Source: Blasia pusilla
Taxonomy: Eukaryota
Direction of reading: 5' to 3'
DNA length: 64,000 nt
Assembly (NCBI GenBank): GCA_050084515.1
Contig: CM114271.1
Span: 44,578,001 to 44,642,000, forward strand
Shown here: one piece after another, positions 51,380 to 64,000 of the stretch
Position numbering within the stretch: position 1 is the stretch's first letter
Layout of the letters: the number at the start of each line of letters is the position of its first letter
Translations under genes and position numbers: made by a program
The notes under the pieces: model-generated
What the model saw: only the letters and a program-made list of their open reading frames with translations
Database searches by the model: none
What the model was told of the DNA's origin: nothing

Positions 51380-52401
51380 GTCCGAAGTCGACGCATTTTG
51401 CTCGGCCATACCAAGACTCAAAATCCAAGTCAAACAATTCAGGTCCATGGCCTGACCCAACACATGATGTCGTGAAGCCTCGAAATAGAAGCAACTGGGC
51501 ATTTGTCACACCGAGAGCAAATCCCATCGCACGCTCTCTCTCATCAGCGTTAGGCTCCACCAATGTCGCACATGAGAATCCCATACAAGCCCCGGACCAC
51601 CTTCCTTGTAGGCATGTGACGAGGGAAAACTCACAAATGTGGGTAGTGCCATCCTAGGCTAGCCCACACGGTTCACCTTGCCATGGGTGACCGATCAATA
51701 ACCCTCACCACTTGAGAAAGTCGCCCAAAGATATCAAGATACTATCCTTTGTAAAGCGAGGATCGCACCGCATCATATGCTCGACGTAGAACCTCCCTAG
51801 GCAACAAGTTTGTCCACCACAAGCGTGGACGATGTGCACGCGAGCCAACTCGCGCTGCATCCAACAACACCACTGGTCCAATCCAAGACCGCACCTCATG
51901 AACACTCGCCATCATCCGGGTTCGAGTGTCACCCAACAATGGAACATTCTCCAGAATGTAAGCTAGAGCACGTGTCTGATGAACCTGAAGATGTCGTAAC
52001 ACCCGTAACATCTCCCAAAACAATCGAGACCTAGGGTCATGTAATCCCTCACCACGACCAGCACGTGTATGACCCTGACATGGCCATCCAGCAATCACCA
52101 AATCCACAGGACCAACCCTCTCAAGGTCCTGCGCCCCCAACAATGCAATGTGTGATGGTAAAGCACGCTGGTACCCACGAATAGCTGATGGCGGCAACAA
52201 CTCAGGATATCTCCGCATCAACTGACCAATATGTCGGGATGAGACTCTCTGGGCCGTCTCATCTCGCTCCACATACACGTATCTCCCATGACAGAATACC
52301 GGCTGCAACATCGCCGCCAAACCGGTGCTAATCCCACCAAAGAGATCTAACACACAAATGCCCTCCGCGGATCTTTGCCATACAATGGGTGTAGTATCCA
52401 A
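51380..52401 (-). pseudogene. C5 DNA cytosine methyltransferase domain (DNMT3-like) inside pol
   Basis: Motif I is VLDLFGGI, II is YVERD, IV is AGWPCQG, VI is ILENV and VIII is RAHRPRLWWTN. IX (EPNADERERAMGF) and X (RHHVLGQAMD) follow after frameshifts. Confidence 0.93.
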
Positions 52402-52849
52402 AGGGGATAACCAACTGGGCAGAAGTAGGAGTCCGCCGTGGGGCGTCCTCTTCCTCGTGAGGTATATGACCTCACACCAAGCCTCTGCACTAGGCGATCA
52501 CCCTCTGCCGTAGTGCACCGCTGAACTCCAAAGTGGCACATCCAACGATGAGGATGCCTTTGCTGCAAAAATAGGGACCTCCTCTACCTCCTCATGCGCA
52601 GGAGAATCCATAGCGTAAAACATTACCCTCCAAAAAGTCTCTGGCCAAGTGACTACTCCACTAAAACCAGCCACAGATGCTAACATGCTTTGTTGGGGAG
52701 ACCCTCTGGTCGAGCCCCATAAATAAATCTCATAGGAACTTGGCTCATACGTCCATCCCGGACTGCCAACCAGGTCTCAGAAGATTTGTCTCGACCCGAT
52801 AATCCATCCGAAAACCCATCGGGTACAATAATCATCGCTCCTCCAACTA

Positions 52850-53200
52850 GTACATCATACGACTCGGTGATGTGACTATCGTGAGATACTCCCAACCGGG
52901 AGCTATCGGTCGCATGATCTGGTCTCAAATCAGAAAAACTTTTCCCGTGTCATGAATTGAGACCTATCATTGGCTCCTCCAAGTGATGTTTGAATTTGGA
53001 ATGGGCAAGGCTCAAGCTCTGACCTCCGAATACCCAAACCAATACATGCCGCCTTTCCCAACATCAAAGGTTGGGCACGAGAGTCTAACAAGACTCTATC
53101 TGGTCTATACACCTGTCCTGTAGGACTCACCAATCGGAAGATCCCACTCCGGTTGTCCAACATACATACACCAGGTGTAAGCCTCTCACGATCAATGGCT
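52850..53200 (-). pseudogene. Aspartic protease
   Basis: RVLLDSRAQPLMLG is a DSGA motif with G replaced by R. A downstream YDVLVGG is also present. Confidence 0.75.
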
Positions 53201-53959
53201 GGCCGGGCTGGTAATGCATCCATCTTCGCCGCTGCTGCCTGCCAAGTAGCATTGGTACTCAATGCTACTCCTGACATAGAGGGTCGCTCCACCGCAACAC
53301 CCTCATCCACCTCAACACGTGTAGCAGTAACACCCCCACGTTCACACAACGTGGCTGCTAACTAAAATACAGGAGCTAAGTCAACTCCTAAAGCCATCAG
53401 CTCCGTGGCCGGAAAAAATGGGGATCCCAACACCGAAATTGCCATCCATAATCTTGTATTGAATCTTTGCATCCGTGTCTACTACACGCGATGTAGATGC
53501 CTCAGTCCCCACTGTCGGCTCAATAGGCTGCGTAGGAACCATGGATGGAGTCCTAAGCACCTCAGACAACAAGAATGACTGGGGAAGCCTAGCTTGCCTC
53601 CCAGCCTCACCCCTCTGTGGGTCCAACTCCTGAAGAGCACCACGTGGCTCGACGCTCGAGTGGCTCCTCTCAGAATCGCGGTGATGCCTCACCTTTGTCT
53701 TTGCACTCGCCATATAAGAGAGATCATCCCCTCCATAAGAGGTGGAAGCCCTTGCTCCCGAACCTGATCTATGCTCGATACCGACCATAGTAGCCAACCT
53801 GCTCCAATCTGCTCAATCTGGCAGCCATAGGCGACTTGTCGAGTGGTAGGGGTAGCCACCGTAGGCTCTCCAACCACCTGGTCCACCTCTACCACCCCTA
53901 CCACCTCTACCACCTCGGCCTCTCGGAGCTACTCCACCACGGCCACGGCTTGATCTCAA

Positions 53960-55200
53960 CTCGGATGGAGATCAAAGCAACGCTCTCGAGGATGATCTAG
54001 TCTCCGCAATGATCACACTTGAGTTGGGGCCGACGAGGCCCATCCTCCAAAGTCCGTCTCCCATCCTCTTGGGGACAAAACTTCCTAACATGATCACCTC
54101 CACATGTCCAACATGATCGCCCTTGGGGCAGCAAATGAAGGCAATGGTCTCTGCACAAATGTCCCTCTAGGACTTGACGAGGTCGCGTGTACCCCCACGA
54201 CTCCCACTACTACTACCACCACCACTACTACGAGACTGTGGTGAGGGTGGGTGCTGAACCGAGAAGTAGTAGTTGTATCCCTCTTGAATGCGGATGTCAC
54301 CACTCTCTCCTTCACCATGTTAAGCTCAATCTTCTCGAGATAAAGCAAACACATGGGTCAATGTGGGTGAATCATCACTCATAAGAGTAGCATCACGTAC
54401 CCCTACGGCGCAAATCTCTGTCCAAGATCCTGCATTAAAATCGATGCTGATCCTCGGTCACACCAGGTAATCGAAATCAGCGTCGATACAGTGTATGCCT
54501 CACGAAGACTCTCACCAGTCTTTCGCTCAAAGTCTGAAGATTCCTCAACTTCTCCGTCTTCACTCCACGATAGTTCTTCTTCAACCTCTTGAAGAACTCT
54601 CGCAACCGGGCTGAACGATGGTGGGGCACTAGTACCTCCACTAGTACCCCCACTAGTACCTCCACTTTGGTACCCCCCACTCCGGCTCGTACTGCACCAC
54701 TCAACGTCGGGTTGGTGGCATAGTAGGAGCACTACTACCAATACCACCATGGGTGATAGACACATAGCCTGGAGACCAATATTGTCTCCATGCCTCAATC
54801 TCAACAACATGGTCCTTCCTAAACTCATGGTAATCATCCATGGGTGGTCCTTCCAAGTCTTTGAAACAACCCCTTCCAAGCCAAGAAGGGTGTAAACAAC
54901 GCGTGGCGTTCCGCAACACATCGCATATCACACCACGTATCAAACTCTTGCATGAAGTCCTCCAACTCAATGGTGCCCACTTTGCACCGAGTATCGTGGT
55001 GGGCCCTTCATGGCCCCATATCCACCGTCCATGTCCCAAATCAATGGAGCGCAACACTCGATAACAACGTAGAAGACTCGGTGTTTGGAACACCCTGGTC
55101 CTCCTCTTCATCAACCGTCGGAAGTGGAAAAGGTAGCCGATACCTAAATCCAATCCGTGTGAAACCACCCTTTATCCGCACCACGGTCCCCAACGAGACC
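53960..55200 (-). pseudogene. Gag with CCHC zinc knuckle
   Basis: LEGPPMDDYHEF, REFFKRLKKNYRGVKTEKLRNLQ, and a KCDHCG..DHPRERC knuckle near 53975-54020. Confidence 0.82.
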
Positions 55201-56730
55201 ACCCGACAGCTACGTGATGACCAACGCCGATGCCGCACCACCACCAAATTACCCAAGTGACGTCGATGTCGCTCTACTATTGTAGCTCTACTAGCTATGG
55301 GTGTAGGCAATCTAACCTCTCATCACCACAAGAAGTCTCCCCACGTCTCATCTGGTCATCACTCCGGCCTCACTATCGTGAGCACCACAGGAGTAACACT
55401 ACTCGGAAATCAGCGTCAACCCTAACAATGGGCGCAAGCAAAAAGCACGATGGAGGGGATCGCATACAGAAGTCCAACGACAACCCTCCAACCGCAAATG
55501 GAAATCAAGATAACACAATCCACCAAACGTGGTGCCCCCTGAATCCACAAAACCCACCACACAATTCTAACGCAATAGCTACTCCGCCGCGGGTCGATGA
55601 CGTGCTAGTCGAACTCGCAGCACCTGAAAATATCACTTGCATGGAGAGGCTACACCGTACTATGCGCTAGAGGTACATCAACCAAAAACCTGAGATGCAT
55701 AAAGCGCCTAACACATCTCCAAACACCACCAAATGAGCTACAACAGTCTGTACACTGGCATAGTTAAGAACTCAGCAGTTAAGCGTCCTCTAGGCAGAAG
55801 AGCCCAAAGATGGGTGACCAGTTATGCAAAACTCAAATCCCAAATCCTGCAAAAATTGCCTCACGCCCAAGCAAGCAAGCTTGCTTGCTTGCTCCTTGCT
55901 CCTTGCTCCTTGCTCCGCCTCTCACGCCCACTCGCCCCGAGCTACCACGAGTTGCCTCAAATGCTCGAGACATGCCCCTATCGCCCCGTTCCCCACGCTT
56001 CGCCATGCTTCGCTATGGAGAGAGGTCCAACCAGGGCGCCCCCAATGGGATAGGCGTCTCCAACAATGAACGAGTCACCAACCAACCAGCCCCTCCGATC
56101 CGCTGTCCACCATAGCCAAACCTTGAGCTAGTCCGCGAAATTTCGATCAGAAATTACTTCACAAATACGTGACCGAAATCAAATCTATTTCGATCAGAAT
56201 TCAATTGACCACCATAGCTATCTCCCCACAAAAACTCAGCTACAACCAAGCTCCGTACTCTGAGCTAAAAATCAGACAAACTTGCTGTCCATACACCTCT
56301 AGAACCGCAAATCCGACAGCGCTTCCGCCAAGTTTCATGCACGCAGAAATCCGCAACGCTCCACGCACTCGAGCAGATAGCTTCACATGAGATCACAATA
56401 CAAGTAGCAATAGGAACCTCTCACCTGATCTGGATGAACTTCAACAGAGCTTCCGCACTCCAAGCTCTCCACATCAGAAAACTATCGAACACGAACCAGA
56501 ATCTTCAATGCTTGATAACTTCCAACTCCCTTGACGAAATCGGCGATCTACAGCACGTTGGAAAGCTCTCAGCAAGGCGCTTCTTTCCCAACTGACCACG
56601 CACCTGATTCACACCTCCAGCATAGGCAACAAGCCCCGAACATCCACGGCTGAGTACACAATCAGCCCTAACCAGATCCTACTGATCTACAATCGAAGCT
56701 ACCATCGATCTACTCCAATTCTTTGAGTGA

Positions 56731-57095
56731 AATCTGTGAAAGACCTACTGTCATAAAACACATTTACAATCACATACAATCGAGCCAAACCCACTCCACG
56801 ATGGGAGAATCCAGGTCGAAGCTTGCGGGAAACACCATAGCCAAGAGCTCTACTCACTACCAAGGCTAACTCCCAACGCAACAGGCTCAACTCAAAGAAC
56901 TGATTGTTCTTTGAGTGCACTCCACCTTATATCCTCCAACCTAAGAGCGGGCCCTACTGGGAAACTCACCCCCAACTGAGTAACCCCCAACCCTATGTAT
57001 GGAACCGCATCTCTACCAAGCCACTACGGTCCTACATAAGGAATGTCCTCTACTAGCACACTATACTCTACGACATAATCCGTATGGTCATGACA
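56731..57095. repeat. Repeat B, terminal copy (5' end of the element)
   Basis: Matches 47417-47781 and ends ATGACA|TAGT. No adjacent copy of repeat A. Confidence 0.96.
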
Positions 57096-60000
57096 TAGTC
57101 TCCTTTCTACACCTTTTTATGCTACATTGTTCTAGCCACATTAGTAGAAAAAAATTGATCTCTATGCAAAACTACCACTTAGGAGATCTATTGTGAACTT
57201 AGGTAGTGCTAAGGTTTAGAGTATAGACCATTCCTATCTTTTACCATTCCCATAATTTTTGGCCAATTCAAGGCATCACATGTGGTGACTAGCATTACAA
57301 GACTAACTCTGAAAACTAAGCCTCTTCTTAACTTGCACCAATGACTAGTAGAGCATGAAGAGTTAATTTGTGGGACAACTTCAGAGATTAAGGTATAAGT
57401 ATTTCATCACAAAAAAATTCAACTCGATTGATCATGTCAATATGGATGGAACATTAGTTAGAGGTCTTCTTGGTTTAGTCCTCGTCCTCTTTTTCTTATT
57501 GAGAACTCTCTTTCTCACACAATAGAAATTGGCACAACTACATCATCATATATTTCCATTGTTTCCACAAATCATAATACGTTCTTTATCAGGTGTTGGT
57601 TTGGAAAACTAGAATCTCTTAGTGCTTAAATGGGTTGTGGGAGAATAGCCACATTGAGATGGAGAATACATCAATAGACTGTTGAAACATTTCTTCTATC
57701 AAAATCCAATCAAGAGTCAAGTTACTCCAAGGAGTTGTTTAGAGCATAATGGAGCACGAGAAAGATTGAATGTGTTGGACCTAGTTTGATCTAACTAGGT
57801 CTAACACAACAACCTAGCTTATTACATGGGCATTCGAGGAGTCCAACCTATTCTACTCGAAAAGCCCAAGGGTCTTACCAAGGCTAATACTGATTTTGCA
57901 TCGAACAAAAGAACATGCCTAGCTATTGCAAGGAACTTATAGACGTGAAAATTAATCTAAAAAACTTTGGAATATGATCGCAAGGACAATTACGCACCTA
58001 AGGGTACAAAAGGGTTCTACATGAAGGATTCTCCACTCTTGCAAAAATGGAAAAAAAAAAAGGATTGACTACCACTTATAAACCTGAACCAAGGGACAAA
58101 TTGCTTATCTCATATGGAAATACCATAAAAAAAAGGAAATGAACGATATGGGTGGTGGTTATATTCGTTAGATGATCCAATAACCACTAACATTAGTGCC
58201 AAAGTACTAGAACAAGTAAATAGGATGCATAAAATGAAGTTATTATTGTAGTTGGAAACTAATCATGTTGCTTTTTTTGCATTTGAGGCCTAACCACTCT
58301 TGGAAAACCAATCAACTTAAAGGGTCAGCCTATTGTTATGCAACAAAAGGTAAAGAAGGACCAGCAAGGCAGGAAAATAACTTTGTAAATGGTTGTATGG
58401 GATCCAATGGGATCTCTTCTTCGAAGTCAATCAGATGAAAAAGATATTATTATATGGCACATATGGAACTGGGTTTCGGTTACTCAAGGCAAAAGGACCA
58501 TGGGAAAATGCACTTGCATTCAGGTTTTTCCTACATGAGGCTTGGTTTCCATATGGGGGTTTCATTTCAACAACTTATGGGTTCTAGGAACCAACTTATA
58601 TTAATTATACTAAAATAGGAGATTGGTGAATATCATTTGATTTTTGGTGGGCTCAACACCATAATAGTTGCAATGACAAATAAGCAATGTTTCAAGGAGG
58701 GTCTGACACCAAGAATATGATGGTGCATGCTTCCAACAACAATGTGCTCTTTGCTAGTCTGATTCCATGTTTGCAATAGTTAGAACCTATGAGAAGGCCT
58801 AAACATTCATGAGTGCACTCTAGAACCTTCACAAGACATTCACAACCCAGGTTGCTTGCTACCTTGTGAGAGCATTTTGGTTCAATGAATTATGTATGTA
58901 ACAGCATGTTGGGAAATTTTTAGTCATGTTAAGTCACTGTATCCACATTAGATGATCCTCTATTATTCATGCACAAGAGACACTCAAGTTGAAGTACAAA
59001 AAATATGAGATTGGAAAGCCTCCAAATGTGTACAATTAGAAAACACTTGTTTCATTGTGGCGACACGAAGCTGATGTTGTGGATATTGGATGGTCCCTAG
59101 ACAACTCCATGGTTACAAATGGAGTTTAAACAAGAATTTTTTGGTTTCCTAGTGGTTTCTATGTTGTAAAATATTGAAAATATTTTAGATCTCCAAGGCC
59201 ACCATTAACTAGTAATTTGAAACACATGGTACCCTTAGACTAATCTTGTGTCAGGCTTGTAACCATAGACTTGTACTAAGCAGATAGACAATGTGACCCT
59301 TTAGAAATTAAATGATCAATACATAGGGTACTTGCTAAAGAGATAACATCTATGTTATTTAAACTCTAGCTGCTATGTCTACGAGTGCATAGTTAACATC
59401 TACTTATACCTTCCTCATCTTTTTAGAATATTTGAATTAACTTTCATAGGCTTATCATCATTTGGATGTATAAACAGACTTCAAAATTTTCCAAAAGGCA
59501 CTTGAGTAGTATGATCCTAACAAGCTACATTTGGCTTTGGTAGAATCTATAAGCCCACTGAGAAAAATTCAACACAATGATCTCCAAGTTCAACTACTCA
59601 AGGAAGGTACGCATGTGGGCTCCATCATAATTTATGTGGCTACTTCCAAGAATAATAAATGAAAGCTTTATCGACCTAAGATATATTGGAAACAACTCCT
59701 CATCAATGTGTGAGGGTGTGTGGCTAAGGTACATTCAAAAGCTTCTAAAGAGGGGTGCTACTCATAAACTTTGAATATAATGTCAAAGAATAAGGTTTGA
59801 TTTGTCTCACTTTGTGAAATTCAAAGGACTATAACGTCGAGCGACATACAAGTGTAACCATATGGAGTGATAATTCAAAGGGATCCCACTACTCCACCCA
59901 CTTCAAAGCAAGCTTCTTAGATCCTATAAGAAGGAAGTCCAAATTTTATGTCGAGAGTAGATTGGATTGGCATTGAAGCTATCCATACAACAAAGTTAGG

Positions 60001-63000
60001 ATGTGGTTTACTAGCCAAACTTTCACACTAAGACTCAATGGTTTTGGAGATGAAATATATGTGTCCCGGCCATGGGGCACATGATTAGATCTCCATCATG
60101 AATTATGCATGTATGCGAACAATGGTCGAGGTAGTAACCTAGATTGGCAACCAGATTGAGTAATAGGGGTAGGAACCTCTTCAAACACAAAATAGCAAGG
60201 TAGTTTATCTCATGGATGCCAACCCTCTACTCTACCCTCACTTTTTTTAAAGTGCGTCACTCTTGCTACAACGACATTGCATGCACCTAACACTTAAAGA
60301 TGGACAAGGAGATATATTTGTTCCATAGCATATAATAATAATAAATAGCAACTTCCAATGTGTGAGAAATTGATATGGTACTGACAAAGAACACTGAAGC
60401 TTCTGACAAGCTATCCAACATGTAGTATAGTGATGAAAGAGAATTATAACGGAAATCATGGTCAGAAGTTAGGACACTAAAAAAATGAGTCACAGTTGAA
60501 CATCCTCAGATAGAATCTATGATTTGTAGAGAATAGAGGGAACCGTTTCACGCACCTCAAGAGGTACACACCTGGCAAGTATTTAAGGTCATATAGGTAA
60601 AGTAACTTCTAGATTGAAAAAAAATAATTTTTCAAACAGAAAAACATTGAAAAAATGCCATACGCGTTGCAGCTCTGGCCTCAATCATTTTCAACATGAA
60701 AAGTGTAGAAAAAAGTCACTCACAATAAAGATTTGAAAATATATGATCAACAACACTACTCATGAATAGAAAAAAGCAATGCTCTATACACAATCACTAA
60801 CCAACACATAAACATGAGCAATGATAGCCATTTAATCATTAGTAAACAAGAGCAACATACTACTCAAGCAAAGAAAAAATGGGACACCAGAAAAAAGTGA
60901 CATGTTTTGTAGAGGAATAAAAAAATTTCACCTTAAAGAAACTAATTGGGCACATAGATAATTTGGACTACAAAAATATAAAAATTATGAGTGAGTTCAA
61001 AGCAATCATTCAAGTACAAAAATTCAAACACTGAGCAAAGGACACACAACGAACACATCTTTCAATTACCTTTAATTGAACTGTCAAATAACGTAGATCA
61101 TACGAACCAAATGTGTGTACCTCAACAAACATATGTTTGTGAAAGCAATTGAGGGAAATTGGAAAGATAATGCTTTATCAAAAAGTGAGCATAGAACAGC
61201 TGAAATAAGTATAAATACTTGTCAAAACAAGTACGAGTGAGTTTGAAGCAATCATTCAAGTAAAAAGAATTAAATATGAAGCAAAGGACACAGTGTAAAC
61301 ACAACTCTAAACTATCATTGACTGAAATATTAAGTAGTATCATAAATCACACAAACCCAAATGTATGTGCCTCAAAGAAAATATGCATGTGAAGGAGATT
61401 TAGAGAAAATAAGGAAGAAAATGCTTTTTTTGAAGAGCGAACATAGAACCTATGACAGAAAGGATATATACCCAAGAAAAAAACATGGGATTCCTTGTGC
61501 GATGACATTTTCTTCAACCCATGTCAATGAATAAGTTGGAGAAATCTACAAAACATGGTCGTAATTGTGAGAGAGCCCACATTTCACACATTTAGACCCT
61601 CGTCATTAACAAAATTTCTAAACAATCTAAACGAATAACTTGATGAATACAAGAAGCATGGCCACAACTTAATGATGGCAAGTAGTTTAAAGATTTAGAT
61701 CATCCTCATAGAGTTGATTGACGGTGAACATTAATGGAAAAAAGTAGGATTGATCCAAGTGAACACGACAAGCTCAATAAAAAATCACAAAAAAAAATGC
61801 AAGCTAGTATACCATAGGCATCTATCATTGTGGTATGTGACACAACATTTAGGATTACGCTACACTGCTTAGAGAAGAGTTCGCCTAAAGGGCTATTGTG
61901 GCATACTTAGAAATCTCTAAAAATAAAGATGAGTTATATTTGGGGTCATAACAAGAACTACACTCATATCACCAAGATAATAAACACAGGAGGGAACTCA
62001 TTAGGTTATGTCTATATCCTAGGCCTCAATTATAATATAAAAAATAGCAAAATGGTTGAATACTATGTTTATCTTATGCCAAAATAAAAGTTCAAAATAG
62101 AATTCATATGCCCTCATTTTTTTGCAAAGATGAAGATAATATTAAAGTTCATTTGGATGTATGATAATCTTATTCTACATATGTATTTGAGTGCAAACAT
62201 ATATATTGTCCAAAAAAATGACGTGTTTTATCAAGAAATTTTGATTATATTCAACTATCCTATAATGGTCATAAAGAAGATAGTTCCATGTAAGGGAAAA
62301 TTAACCTTTTCCACATAGTATTCAAAGGCTAAAGTCAATTACAAATCTACCAAGAAGGGATGAAAACCATAAAGCTCTACTAGTAGTTGTAAAGAAAGTT
62401 GGTTCTAGCACACTACATGCCATATTTAATTCTTAGTTCTTTTATAAAGGATGCCACAAGAAATGACACATTGTAAGCTATAATACTATTTGCGCTAGGG
62501 TTAAGAAATACTAATGGCGTCTTTGATTAGTGTAAGATTCTTCTATAAGAAGTTATGACAAATTTTGTGGTTAAGATTTTACAAATTATTTGGAAGTACT
62601 ATCACTAAAACTTGTTTTAAATCGTAGTTCTATCATCAATTTGGCACCAAATATCCGGAGGTGTAAAAAAACAGGTGTGAAAAGCAATACCTGCAAAAAG
62701 TATTTATTTTTAGCCGGCAAGTTACAGATGTTTAGAGGGAGCAGGACATTTCTCATAGAGGGAGCGGTCTCCCTCTATGAGAAATTAGAAATAAGTAACC
62801 ACCTGCAACAATTAACGCAATAAGTAACAACTGCAACAATTAACGCAGAATAATTCGGAGGAAACTTTCTTATTTATTTTCCACCATTAAGGTCTTTCTG
62901 TCCATTTTCATCATCACAATTACTCTTTCAATGCTGCAGTCTGGCCTGTGTTTTTTCTCTGTGAAATTACAATTCTACACTTAATCCCTAATATCCAGCA

Positions 63001-63395
63001 CAAAACAAGATTGTTTCTCGACTACATGCTCACAACCTGAAATAGAGGCTCGAAACAGTACTACAAGGAGTGAATGAAAGCAACGACCAAGTGTAAATAT
63101 CAAGATAATGCTGACTACACTCCATGGTCAGGTTGGTAAGCAACATCGGCATGGAAAACGTATACACTATGGACTGCTTCACGAGGCTTGAATTGTTCCC
63201 AAAAGACACCTGAGTATTCACTTGACAAAACCTGCTTGGTTTATACATAAAGGATGCTCCGACCTGGAAATGGCCTTTTCATTCCATGCAAGTTCTACAT
63301 CAGTTGTTGACGAACTGATGACCACCTTCTATTCAACTCTCTAAACTCTTTAATCTCGACCCAAGTCATCAGAAGCTTCAAGTAACAGCTTGTAT

Positions 63396-63587
63396 GCACA
63401 TTGGGGATCAGAATGCCATTTCAAATTGCCATTACGGTTGCCTTGTTGGCTAAAGGCAAATTGGCCCCTAAAATTCAGCGTCATATTTAACGCACATTGG
63501 GGATCAGAATGCCATTTCAAATTGCCATTACGGTTGCCTTGTTGGCTAAAAGAAAATTGGCCCCTCAAATTCAGCGTCATATTTAAC
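63396..63587. repeat. 96-bp tandem duplication
   Basis: 63396-63491 and 63492-63587 are nearly identical. Confidence 0.95.
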
Positions 63588-64000
63588 ACGGTCCAGGACA
63601 ATGTCACCACTAGTGACAGTTGACTATTCTTTCTAAGGAGAATCGTGAGCTCAACAGTTTCACGTTGTCGATGAGCACGGTCAGTAGTTATAGTGGGCAG
63701 TACCCCGAAGACTCATAACTATTAAAATGGGTGAATGGTGCAAATGGATGGCTGGTTACAATAGTGTTTATCCTATTGGAAGAAAATACGAGCACCGCTG
63801 AAGGTGAAACAAATAAGCTCCAGCTCCCTCAAGTAGCTACCAATCCTTTTTATGACCTGCAACAGCATTGGTTCACTTATCAAAAGGAAATGAAAAAATG
63901 AGCCTTTCAACATTTCTAGAATGTAGACAGATAAACAACAACGGATTGGTAGCCCCAATTGACAACCGATCCACGAATTCACGTAGCCAAGTCCCCTGAA

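Larger units (their letters stand above)
47308..57095 (-). mobile_element. Ty3/Gypsy retrotransposon with C5-DNMT, integrase-PHD and split direct repeats
   Basis: Termini are TG...CA with flanking TAGT (47304-47307 and 57096-57099). Domain order on the minus strand is gag, PR, DNMT, RT, RH, IN, PHD. Confidence 0.92.

Noticed and set aside
55715-55735. Possible PBS (minus strand CA-TT-TGGTGGTGTTTGG)
   Set aside because: It is about 1 kb from the terminal repeat and matches no tRNA 3' end that I recognise.
57100-62900. AT-rich region with faint retroelement-like words and a degenerate ~250-bp duplication (~60990 and ~61236)
   Set aside because: Too decayed to assign without a search, and no supportable ORF.

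Overview
Eukaryotic DNA, probably from a non-seed plant or other streptophyte (inferred from a plant-type SelO exon, GT-AG introns and GA microsatellites). It is almost entirely a nest of transposons, and I see no intact host gene. Two unrelated mobile elements each carry a DNA methyltransferase. (1) An ~11-kb Mutator-like (MULE) element is present as three decayed coding copies plus one 2-kb non-autonomous derivative. It has 11-bp TSDs and asymmetric ends, and encodes a GCM-like/MULE-DDE/SWIM transposase. A divergent cargo gene encodes a ParB/Srx-like domain followed by a beta-class amino (N4C/N6A) methyltransferase-like domain. Its introns and intergenic DNA are packed with a 27-bp palindrome. 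(2) A 9.8-kb Ty3/Gypsy element (47308-57095, minus strand) has the order gag-PR-C5 DNA methyltransferase-RT-RNaseH-integrase-PHD finger. Instead of normal LTRs it has split direct repeats (B...A-B-A) with an internal CA-gc-TG end-to-end junction. A 7.3-kb Pack-CACTA carrying a captured SelO-like exon interrupts one MULE copy. All TE ORFs are frameshifted, through decay and/or assembly error. Domain calls come from motif recognition by eye, not from database searches.
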